From an uncultured Verrucomicrobiae bacterium (GTDB taxonomy: Bacteria > Verrucomicrobiota > Verrucomicrobiia > Chthoniobacterales > JAFAMB01), in NCBI GenBank assembly GCA_963762565.1, contig CAVXLD010000005.1, forward strand, positions 192,001 through 256,000: 64,000 nt of DNA. The letters run 5' to 3'. Made by a program: the position numbers and the translations under genes. The notes beneath the pieces were generated by a model. It was not told where the DNA came from. It ran no database searches and was given only the letters and a program-made list of their open reading frames with translations. Each line of letters starts with the position of its first letter. The stretch's first letter is position 1. Shown one piece after another: positions 50,538-59,092 of the stretch.

Positions 50538-52157
50538 ATACCAGTAGCCCTGCCGTACCGGTGCCCTTTGAGCCCGCCGGTGCTCGAGTATTTAACCCGT
50601 GGCTCATTGCACTCGCAGTGGTGGTGCCGACTTTTATGGAGGTGCTCGATACCACCATTGCCAATGTGGCGCTGCGCTATATTGCCGGAGGGCTCTCTGC
50701 AGCCGTTACCGATAGCGAATGGGTCATTACTAGTTATCTGGCTGCTAACGCGATCATCCTGCCGATCTCCGGTTGGCTTGCCGCGTATTTGGGACGCCGG
50801 AACTATTTTCTGCTCTCCATCGCTGTCTTTACCATCAGCTCCATGATGTGCGGCATGGCGACGAGTCTCGACCAGTTGATCTTCTTCCGGGTGCTGCAAG
50901 GTCTCGCCGGCGGTGGTCTTCAACCCTCCAGCCAGGCGATTCTGCTGGATAGCTTTCCTCCCGAAAAGCAGGGCGCCGCCCAGACTCTCTTTGGCGTTGC
51001 GGCATTGCTGGCGCCGGTGATCGGACCAACCCTGGGGGGTTACATCACCGATGCGTATTCCTGGCGGTGGATCTTCTATATCAATGTGCCGGCGGGTGCG
51101 CTCGGCATTGTTTCTCTGCTGGATCATGGTGCAAGACCCCGACTACCTCCGCGACCAACGGAAAGGACTCAGGAAGCAGCCGCTGAATTTCGATTTCATT
51201 GGCCTTAGCCTCCTGGTGCTCACGATCGTCTGCTGGGAAGTGGTGTTAAGCAAGGGGCAGGAGTGGGATTGGCTCAGTGACGCTTTCGGACGCGTGCAGG
51301 TTTTACTCGCCCTTTTTTTAATTGCCGGCGCCAGCCTGGTGTTTTGGGAAACGCGTCGCGCTAGCCCCATCGTCAATTTCCGGCCGCTCCGTGATCGGAA
51401 CTTTATTTTTTCTTCGCTGATTATTTTCCTTTCCTTCGCCGTGCTCTACGGGACTAGCACCCTTTTGCCGGCCTTATTGGAATCGCTTTTTGGCTACGAC
51501 GCTTTCCATGCCGGCCTCGTTCTTTCTCCATCCGGCGTTTCTGCGATTCTGGCCCTGATCGTCGTTGGCGCTTTGCTGGGTCGCAGAGTAGATGCGCGCT
51601 GGCTGATTGCCGCCGGCTTATTGATTCTCGCCGCTGGTAATTACTGGATGTCGCAACTCAACCTGAATATTTCCCCTTGGCAGGCCGTGTGGCCGCGAGT
51701 GGTCATGATAGCCGGCTTGGGTATGATCTTCGCCCCGCTGAATGTTGCGGCTTATCTCTACATCCCGCTTCCCTTGCGCGGTGCGGCCGTCGGCCTCTTC
51801 GCGCTGCTCCGGAACGAGGGCGGTAGCTTCGGCACTTCGATGGGCCAGACTATCATCGAACGCCGCGAGATATTCCATGCGCTGCGGCTGAACGAACACC
51901 TCGGTCGGCTGAACCCCGCAGTGCGTTCCTACTTTGGCCAGGTCCAACCAGGCTTCCTGCAACAAACAGGAGATCCAGCGGCTTCGCACTGGATGGCTCT
52001 ACAGTCACTTGAAGATCTCCGCGAACAACAGGCCTCGGCTCTTGCCTATTTTGACGCGTTTCTGATTTTCGCGGTGGTTGCCGTTGTACTCGCCTTTCTG
52101 GTGGTGCTGATGAAACGCTCCGTTGCTGAAAAAGGGGCCCGTCTCGCCGCTGAGTAA
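50534..52157 (+). CDS. DHA2/EmrB-family MFS efflux permease, frameshifted near 51104
   Basis: MEVLDTTIANVAL and WRWIFYINVP in one frame; GQEWDW and RNEGGSFG in the next. Confidence 0.9.
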
Positions 52158-52462
52158 CGCCGAACTCGCCTGAGGCTCCTTCGGAATAGCCAATAGCCAA
52201 ATAGCCTATAGCCAATAGCAGATAGCGTTATGAGCTGCCACGCGTTGGGTAGCTCGGACCATTGGCTATCGTATTGGCTATTGGCTATTGGCTATTGGAA
52301 GGAGCCTCAGCGACTGACCGGTCCCGGATTTCGGACGTCCCAAACTTGGGCCCTGGCGAGCATTGAGGTCTACCCGACATAATAGACTGATGTCCAGCGA
52401 GTTACGACTTTGTATAGAGCGTGGCCCGCAACCTGCATTTCACTGCGCGTATGAAAATTAAC
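52156..52462 (+). repeat. Direct-repeat block, copy 2
   Basis: Colinear with 48701-48980. Confidence 0.8.
52422..52437 (+). promoter_or_regulatory. Sigma54-like promoter
   Basis: TGGCCCG-CAAC-CTGCA. Confidence 0.65.
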
Positions 52463-52786
52463 TCGTCACACTCTCCGGAAACGGGCCAACGTCTTCGACG
52501 GTCGCCAGAAGGCACGACGATTCTGAAAATTGTCGCCGCTGGTGTAACCGGGACGGCCTCGTACGTCGCTGCGGTCTTAACCACTGTCGTAGAATCAGGT
52601 GGATTCTGGCAGTATTTCTGTTTGGGCGCCTGTATTCTTTTCTTCGTTTGCGCTGTGTCTCTTGTCATTATGGCGAGCAGAGAGGGGCTGCGCATCGATC
52701 ACACTGGGCTTAGCTTCGAAACGCATGACACCTCACCCGTAGCGGAGCAAAAAGTGAGTATCGGCGACAATGATCGGGTAATGTGA
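52451..52786 (+). CDS. Hypothetical two-TM membrane protein
   Basis: Two hydrophobic segments; ATG directly after the sigma54-like site. Confidence 0.6.
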   Translation: MKINSSHSPETGQRLRRSPEGTTILKIVAAGVTGTASYVAAVLTTVVESGGFWQYFCLGACILFFVCAVSLVIMASREGLRIDHTGLSFETHDTSPVAEQKVSIGDNDRVM

Positions 52787-53049
52787 GACGCTGGACGCGA
52801 CCGGGCGAGAACCCGTTACCCAATTCGATTCTCACAATACGGAAAGATCGCAAAGGCCACAAAGACACAAGGCTTTTTACAGAAGTTAACGAAGTCAACC
52901 AAGGGCAAAGGCGTTCAATCTCAGTGTAGAGGTTTCCCCGTGGGCAGACCTTTGTTTGTTTCGTTAGCTTCTGTCGGAGTTTCTGTCTTTGCGATCTTTG
53001 TGATCTTTACGTATTGTGATTTGAGGATTTTAAGACGTTCAGAAAAGTA

Positions 53050-55296
53050 CTACAAAGCGTAATCGCCCCAGTAGCGCTCAATCCGTAGCTCGCGAATTAA
53101 CCGTGAGCACTCCTCCAGATCGTCTGCGATTAGGTGGTAGCGTCCTACGAGATCCAACATTCGTAAGGGTTCGGTTACTTTATGTACATTTAAGATTCCG
53201 CTCTGGCGGATGTCGCGGACCACTTCATCCATGGCGTTCACCGCACCGTGCAGGGTTGGAAACTCACGCCGGCAATCGCCTAGCCGGAAGCATGCAGAAA
53301 AAGTGTCTAACATCTGATGAAACTCGGTTTCAAGGCTTTCCAGTCTTGGCCGCAGCAGTGGTTCAGCAGCTTTCGGCAGGTTCTTTCGGTAAGAAACAAG
53401 ATGTCCGACCCGAGGCGCCATGGCTTGCAATTGGCGTAACAAAGCGCTGAGACCAGCTTTCTCGTTCGCAGAACACCGGGGCATCCGAATCCTCTGAATC
53501 ACTTGTTGAGCCTCCACCGATCGAAGGGTCAATTTTGCCTTAATTCTTTCTTGATGGGGATCTTCTCGCAGGAGACCCCTGATGCCAGCGAAAAGATCAA
53601 GTAGATTGTCTCGGAGCAGTTTTTGGGGCAAGACGGGCCAGATCAATCGACTCACCAAAGCCCCGAGAAACATTCCCGTCATCAAACCAATGAACGAGTC
53701 GATGATGTTCTGTGAGTCGACCGGTTGTTGCGGATTTAGTCCCACAAAAACGCTGACGAATAACCAGGTGAGCAGGACCCAAAGATTGACCCCGGCATTC
53801 CGCGCGGTCAGGAATCCTAGGCCGAAAAGAATAGCAAACAGCGTCAGATTCATAACCAGATAATTGGCGAGAAACGGGGTGGTCAGCAGGAGCACAAAGA
53901 TGCATCCAGTTAGAACCAGAGAGCCGAAAAACGCGTTTTGAATAATTCCCCTGTCGCCAGTGCCTCCCGCCCGGACAAATGGTCGTGTCAGTACGGTCTG
54001 GATCCAGGCCATGAGCGGAAGTGCGGCCGATCCGGGAGGATGAATCCACTTGAGCAGGGTTATCCCGATGACGCCGACCAACCCGCTCTTGATACCAACC
54101 TTTACCCAGAACCAATCGATGTTGGGTAACAGGTCCCAATGGGGTTTGGCTTCAGGCAACGGCTGGCCAAAGCGCGGCAGCCCTTGGGTCACATTCCGGA
54201 TGTTGAGTAATTCGTCCCGCAGTGAACGTATGGCGGCGAAATGGGTCCCGAAGACAATGGCCTTATCGGTCGGTTGCGTGGCGAAGAAACCCTGATCACG
54301 AAGTTCCTCGGTCTTTTTTATCAAGATCGCAAAGGCATCCTGCAAAGAACCGAGTGGCAGCTTCTCACCCGGACGATAGGATGCTGACAAAATATTAGCT
54401 TCCTCAGAAATGGCCTTGCTTACGAGCGTTAGTTCGGTGCGCAGGCGTTCCACAATAGCGGCATCGACCTTGCGCCAACGGGTTAGTAGAAGTGAGCCTT
54501 CAAAAAGGCTAATAAGCGACGACAGATAAGCATTGTAGTTGGAGAGACGAGCGGCGAAAAAGGTGCTCTCCATCGATCCGGCTTGCAGCAGATTCCTGAG
54601 AGCTGACAGTCGCGCTGGAAATGTCTGCCGGATTTCTTCCACTTTGGCGGGGGATTCGGTGCCGAGCGCGAACGCTTCGGTTTCACTGGATATCAATTGG
54701 CCAATTGCTTCGAGACTCTCGCGGCTGGCGGCAACAAATTCTTCGCGGGCGGAACGAGGCCATAAGACAGTTGATACGAGGAGCGCGACCGTTGATCCGA
54801 GCAAGATCTCCTCCGTCCGATCTATACCGACCTGCCAAGCTTGATCCGGAGTAGCGATCCCATTTGTAACGACACTGAGTGTTGTCAACCCTAGCAGATA
54901 GTAGGCATAGGGGACCTGCCGCGCGCCGAACTGGCCGTATTTGTAACTCGTGATCGCCAGCACTAAAAAAAAGAGCAGCAAAAAAATCATCGGCGCGGAC
55001 GTATAATCGCCGACCAGCCAGACCCCAACGATTCCACCAGCAATAGTTCCGACCGTCCGCAGAATCGCTTTAACCGCAATCGAACCGGTATACTGAGTCG
55101 TCATCATGACCAGGACCGTCAAGATGGCCCAATTGTCATGGGGTAACGGCAGAACTTGCGTCAGGTACAAGGACAGAGTGCCGGCCAGCCCCATTTTTAT
55201 GCCTTGTCTCACTCGCAAGTCGCGAAACACTCCTCCAAGTGGCCAGCGCCACTTTCGCGCTGACGAGAGGAAATGATTCTTAACCGCCGTACTCAT
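53050..55296 (-). CDS. FUSC family (aromatic acid exporter-like) membrane protein
   Basis: GIKMGLAG, WAILTV, LRTVGT..GG, R.EEI.LG, LWP; two TM-helix modules. Confidence 0.9.
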   Translation of the reverse strand: MSTAVKNHFLSSARKWRWPLGGVFRDLRVRQGIKMGLAGTLSLYLTQVLPLPHDNWAILTVLVMMTTQYTGSIAVKAILRTVGTIAGGIVGVWLVGDYTSAPMIFLLLFFLVLAITSYKYGQFGARQVPYAYYLLGLTTLSVVTNGIATPDQAWQVGIDRTEEILLGSTVALLVSTVLWPRSAREEFVAASRESLEAIGQLISSETEAFALGTESPAKVEEIRQTFPARLSALRNLLQAGSMESTFFAARLSNYNAYLSSLISLFEGSLLLTRWRKVDAAIVERLRTELTLVSKAISEEANILSASYRPGEKLPLGSLQDAFAILIKKTEELRDQGFFATQPTDKAIVFGTHFAAIRSLRDELLNIRNVTQGLPRFGQPLPEAKPHWDLLPNIDWFWVKVGIKSGLVGVIGITLLKWIHPPGSAALPLMAWIQTVLTRPFVRAGGTGDRGIIQNAFFGSLVLTGCIFVLLLTTPFLANYLVMNLTLFAILFGLGFLTARNAGVNLWVLLTWLFVSVFVGLNPQQPVDSQNIIDSFIGLMTGMFLGALVSRLIWPVLPQKLLRDNLLDLFAGIRGLLREDPHQERIKAKLTLRSVEAQQVIQRIRMPRCSANEKAGLSALLRQLQAMAPRVGHLVSYRKNLPKAAEPLLRPRLESLETEFHQMLDTFSACFRLGDCRREFPTLHGAVNAMDEVVRDIRQSGILNVHKVTEPLRMLDLVGRYHLIADDLEECSRLIRELRIERYWGDYAL

Positions 55297-55355
55297 TGCT
55301 GGGTGATGCGGGTAATGTGAGTTTCGATTTTGCGGACACGTGTGAAGGAGGTTTT

Positions 55356-55569
55356 TTGTCCCGAAGGGACTACAGGACTCAGCCTGGGGTTTCAACCCCA
55401 GGTACGCACAAAGAAAAGGCGCGCCCTGAAAGGGCGGTAGAACGGTCGCCTCAAGGTACCGGAACGAGCCCTCGATAAAAACTCTCTGGCGCCCCTTCAG
55501 GGCAGCGCATTTTTTTAAATTATCTGGGGTTAAAACCCCAGGCTGAGTCCTAACGTCCCTTCGGGACAA
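55356..55569. repeat. Family G REPIN-like palindrome
   Basis: GTCCCGAAGGGA, CTCAGCCTGGGGTTTCAACCCCAG and GCCCTGAAAGGGC arms all mirrored. Confidence 0.88.
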
Positions 55570-55671
55570 TAAAGCAGCATTGCGAGACGAAGCCGATTTT
55601 ACGATTAACTTGACTTGCTCACAACTGCGAGATCGCGTCGACGACCTCACTGGTTGTCTGGGCGGCAGTCC

Positions 55672-55854
55672 GTGGAGCGTGCCTCGCTTGCAAGGCCGAC
55701 TGTCAGCAGGGCTGAGGGCTTGCCAGGCCCATCGTCGGACTAGGCGCTTATCGGTCGAGAGGTGGACGTCGTGACAGAGCGTGGCGAGGCAATAATATGC
55801 CAGGCACGGTCTTCCCTTGCTCACCACGGCCTCGCAAGCGAGGCAACGCTCCAC
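55672..55854. repeat. Family D REPIN (paired)
   Basis: GTGGAGCGTGCCTCGCTTGC...GCAAGCGAGGCAACGCTCCAC. Confidence 0.85.
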
Positions 55855-55892
55855 AAAACTCAACGCCGACAACTATCCGAAACGAAGAGGCG

Positions 55893-55913
55893 ATCTATTA
55901 GACCAAGGTATCG
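55893..55913 (-). promoter_or_regulatory. 21-bp shared motif, copy 5
   Basis: ATCTATTAGACCAAGGTATCG, 19/21 identical to copy 2. Confidence 0.7.
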
Positions 55914-56267
55914 TTCAGTCCGAAAAATCGTACCTCGATTTACCGGGACAAACATTTCGTAAGACCCTCATAATCAGGGAGAAACGCCTCGAACGCCAGG
56001 TTGGTACACAACTTGTTATTGTCTCTCTTGCTGTCCCCAGGAGCTAACCGCGAATCGACCGAATGAAAGCCGACAAAAACCAACCGCAGATTAACGCAGA
56101 TGCACGCAGATTGAAGGCCGTTGCGTGTTCGCAGCCGCTGACCGGAATCTGCGTAAATCTGCGTCCATCTGCGGTTAGGCTTTCAGTTTCTTGTCCATTT
56201 GCGTTGGCTCCTCGATCCTCAATTGAACGAGCCGGAGCTTATCCCCACAACACCGAGGTGCGCGATT

Positions 56268-56927
56268 ATGATTCTAGTGAACACATTTGAGCATGAATCG
56301 ATACTGTCACCGGCTCTGATGCCGATTGTCTTCATCGTGGACGATGATGTTTCTGTCCGCGAATCATTGGAATCGCTCGTCCGCAGTGCCGGCTGGCGAG
56401 CCGAGACCTTTGCCTCTGCCAAGGATTTCCTGGTTCGCCCCCGAGCCTTCGGTCCCAGCTGTTTGGTGTTGGATGTTCGGCTTCCGGATCTGAGCGGTCT
56501 CGACTTACAGAAGCGCGTTGTCGATCGGATCGATATGCCGATCATTTTCATCACCGGCCATGGAGATGTGCCGACGATCGTTCAGGCCATGAAGGCTGGA
56601 GCCGTCGAATTCTTGACCAAGCCCTATAGCAGCGACGTGATACTGCCTGCGATACAAAATGCCATCGAACGCAGTCGCGCGGCGCTTGGCCGCCAGGCGA
56701 AAGAAAGGTCGATCAGGGACCATTACGAATCACTTAGCCGCCGTGAACGGGAAGTCATGGCGTTGGTGGTATCCGGCCGCTTAAACAAGCAGGTCGGCGG
56801 CGAGCTCGGCATCAGCGAGATCACCGTTAAGGCTCACCGAGGTAATGTCATGCGAAAGATGAAGGCCGGGTCGATCGCCGATCTGGTGAGAATGGCTACT
56901 AGCCTCGAAATCGTGCCCGCACTGTGA
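56268..56927 (+). CDS. FixJ/NodW/StyR-like response regulator (REC + LuxR HTH)
   Basis: VDDD, LVLDV, ITGHGD, FLTKP, LS.REREV, ITVKAHRG. Confidence 0.95.
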   Translation: MILVNTFEHESILSPALMPIVFIVDDDVSVRESLESLVRSAGWRAETFASAKDFLVRPRAFGPSCLVLDVRLPDLSGLDLQKRVVDRIDMPIIFITGHGDVPTIVQAMKAGAVEFLTKPYSSDVILPAIQNAIERSRAALGRQAKERSIRDHYESLSRREREVMALVVSGRLNKQVGGELGISEITVKAHRGNVMRKMKAGSIADLVRMATSLEIVPAL

Positions 56928-56961
56928 GCGTGGCTAGGCCGAAGGCAAACAGAAAAAAGCC

Positions 56962-57291
56962 AACCGCAGATGGACGCAGATTTACGCAGATAAGAAAGGG
57001 CGGACGGGCAATACAAAAGAGCGAAACATTTCGCTAGGCCGAACAACGCCGTGCAGAGGGGATCATCCGCAGATTACACAGATTTCGTTCTGAGGTGAGT
57101 TTAGCACCGCGAGGTAAAGGAGAACTGTAGGTATGAAAGATTTATTGATCTAGCTGGTCGTATCAAAGCTCCAAACGTAATCTGCGTAATCTGCGGATCG
57201 TTTCTGTTTTTGCCGGCGTTGCCTGATCCGGCGCTTGTTCCGCTATTTTGTTGCCCGTCCGCCCGTCCCCAGCTGCGTAAATCTGCGGTTA
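56962..57291. repeat. Family E palindrome with (CGCAGAT) units
   Basis: Nested IRs; homologous to 60965-61337; short version at 56082-56176. Confidence 0.85.
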
Positions 57292-57332
57292 GAGTTTTTT
57301 TTGCGTTCTTTTGCCGCTATTTGTTCCGAATC

Positions 57333-58049
57333 ATGTTCGAAGATTTCGGCCGTTATGAATTTGTCGGTACTCCCGGCTTACGCATGCCCTACCGGCTGCT
57401 GGAGCCGAGTGATTTGAGCTCTCACGCCAAATATCCACTGGTCATCCTTCTCCACGGCTCAGGTGAACGAGGGGACGACAATGAAAAGCAGTTAGTCTAT
57501 GGGGTAGAGAGATTCGCCAGACCGGAATCCCGGGCCCAATATCCGTGTTTTGTGCTCGTGCCGCAGTGTCCAACGGATTTGGACAACCAATCGATCTTCT
57601 GGACTGGCGAACGTGAAAAGGTGCATCTTTTGAAGTTAACCCCTGAACCTGCGGCTCCAATCCGGACTGCCCTAGAGCTCTTATTCATGGTTCAGGGGAA
57701 GTATCCAGTCGACCTGGACCGTGTTTATATTACCGGGATTTCCATGGGTGGTTTCGCCACCTGGGAAGCGTTAATCAGACATCCACAGAATTTCGCAGCC
57801 GCTGTCCCGGTTTGCGGCGGTGGAGATGTGAGCTACGCCGACCGGTTTAAGCATGTTCCCGTGTGGGCATTCCATGGTGCGGAAGATCCGATCGTACCAG
57901 TTACTTATAGCCAGTCGATGATCGAGACCCTCAAGCAGACCGGCGGTCACCCGCGTTATACTGAGTATCCCGGGGTCGGACATAACTCCTGGGATCCTGC
58001 CTATGCCGAGCCGGAACTGCTTTCCTGGCTCTTTGCCCAAAAAAGATAG
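57333..58049 (+). CDS. Phospholipase/carboxylesterase-like alpha/beta hydrolase
   Basis: YPLVILLHGSGERG, PQCP, GISMGG, FHG.ED..VP, GHNSW. Confidence 0.9.
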   Translation: MFEDFGRYEFVGTPGLRMPYRLLEPSDLSSHAKYPLVILLHGSGERGDDNEKQLVYGVERFARPESRAQYPCFVLVPQCPTDLDNQSIFWTGEREKVHLLKLTPEPAAPIRTALELLFMVQGKYPVDLDRVYITGISMGGFATWEALIRHPQNFAAAVPVCGGGDVSYADRFKHVPVWAFHGAEDPIVPVTYSQSMIETLKQTGGHPRYTEYPGVGHNSWDPAYAEPELLSWLFAQKR

Positions 58050-58207
58050 ATCTCACTCGCGAGGACGCGCGCCCTCCCGCCGCTGACAGACGGGGCACCC
58101 CGTGGAGATTTGCTGTTCGCGAAGCGCCCCTGGCTTCGGCTCTCGACTTTCATTCGCCGCATTTTATGTTTTTACCTGTGCACCTCCATGGGAATCAGAG
58201 AACAAGA

Positions 58208-59092
58208 ATGACAGGGGTACTCAGGGTCAGTCGCATCAAAATGGTAACCGCTCTGATAATGGCAGCTTCAGCATCAGCGTGGGCTGCCAATCAGACGGTT
58301 AACGTTCTTTACGCTGGCTCGCTAGTGAATTTGATGGAACGGGGCGTGGGCCCTGCATTCGACCAGACGAGCGGCGATCGGTTTCAGGGATATGCCGGCG
58401 GTTCTGTTAAACTTGCCAACGAGATCAAAGGTAAGCTCCGGCGCGGGGACGTATTTATCAGCGCCAATCCGAAGGTGAACGACCAGCTGATGGGACAGGC
58501 TAACGGGAACTGGGTACAATGGTACATCACCTTCGCCCAGTCGCCGTTAGTAATCGGTTACAATCCCTCTAGCCGGTTCGCGAATGATCTGAAGAATAAA
58601 CCCTGGTACGAAGCGCTGGCCGAACCGGGACTGAAGCTCGGAAGAACCGATCCAAAACTTGATCCTAAGGGCGCACTAACGGTTGAACTTTTTAAGCGAG
58701 CAGAAACCTTGTACAATAACCCCAATCTTTCCCAACAAATTCTCGGCGATCCGGAAAATCCGGACCAGGTGCTACCGGAGGAAACGCTGGTCGGACGCTT
58801 ACAATCTGGACAGCTCGATGTCGGATTCTTTTACTCAACAGAGACAACCGACGCCAAGATCCCGGCGATTGACCTTCCCGGACAAATCGCACTGCAAGCC
58901 CGCTACACCATCACAATCCTGCAAGGTGCGCCAAACCCATCTGGTGCTGAAGCATTTCTTAGCTTTCTTGTCGGCGCCGATGGTCGCGCTCTGCTCAAGG
59001 AACATGGCCTTGAATCGGTTAGACTAAAAGTGAGCGGCGCTACTGACGTAATACCTAATGCGATAAAATCGCTCGTCGGCGGTACCCAGTGA
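58208..59092 (+). CDS. Molybdate/tungstate ABC substrate-binding protein (ModA/WtpA-like)
   Basis: YAGSL, GGS..LA, DVFISA, RTDP..DPKG, PEETL. Confidence 0.85.
   Translation: MTGVLRVSRIKMVTALIMAASASAWAANQTVNVLYAGSLVNLMERGVGPAFDQTSGDRFQGYAGGSVKLANEIKGKLRRGDVFISANPKVNDQLMGQANGNWVQWYITFAQSPLVIGYNPSSRFANDLKNKPWYEALAEPGLKLGRTDPKLDPKGALTVELFKRAETLYNNPNLSQQILGDPENPDQVLPEETLVGRLQSGQLDVGFFYSTETTDAKIPAIDLPGQIALQARYTITILQGAPNPSGAEAFLSFLVGADGRALLKEHGLESVRLKVSGATDVIPNAIKSLVGGTQ

Noticed and set aside
55297..55872. 192-aa N-terminal extension of the FUSC ORF
   Set aside because: Runs through two palindromic repeats; protein-like sequence begins at ATG 55296.
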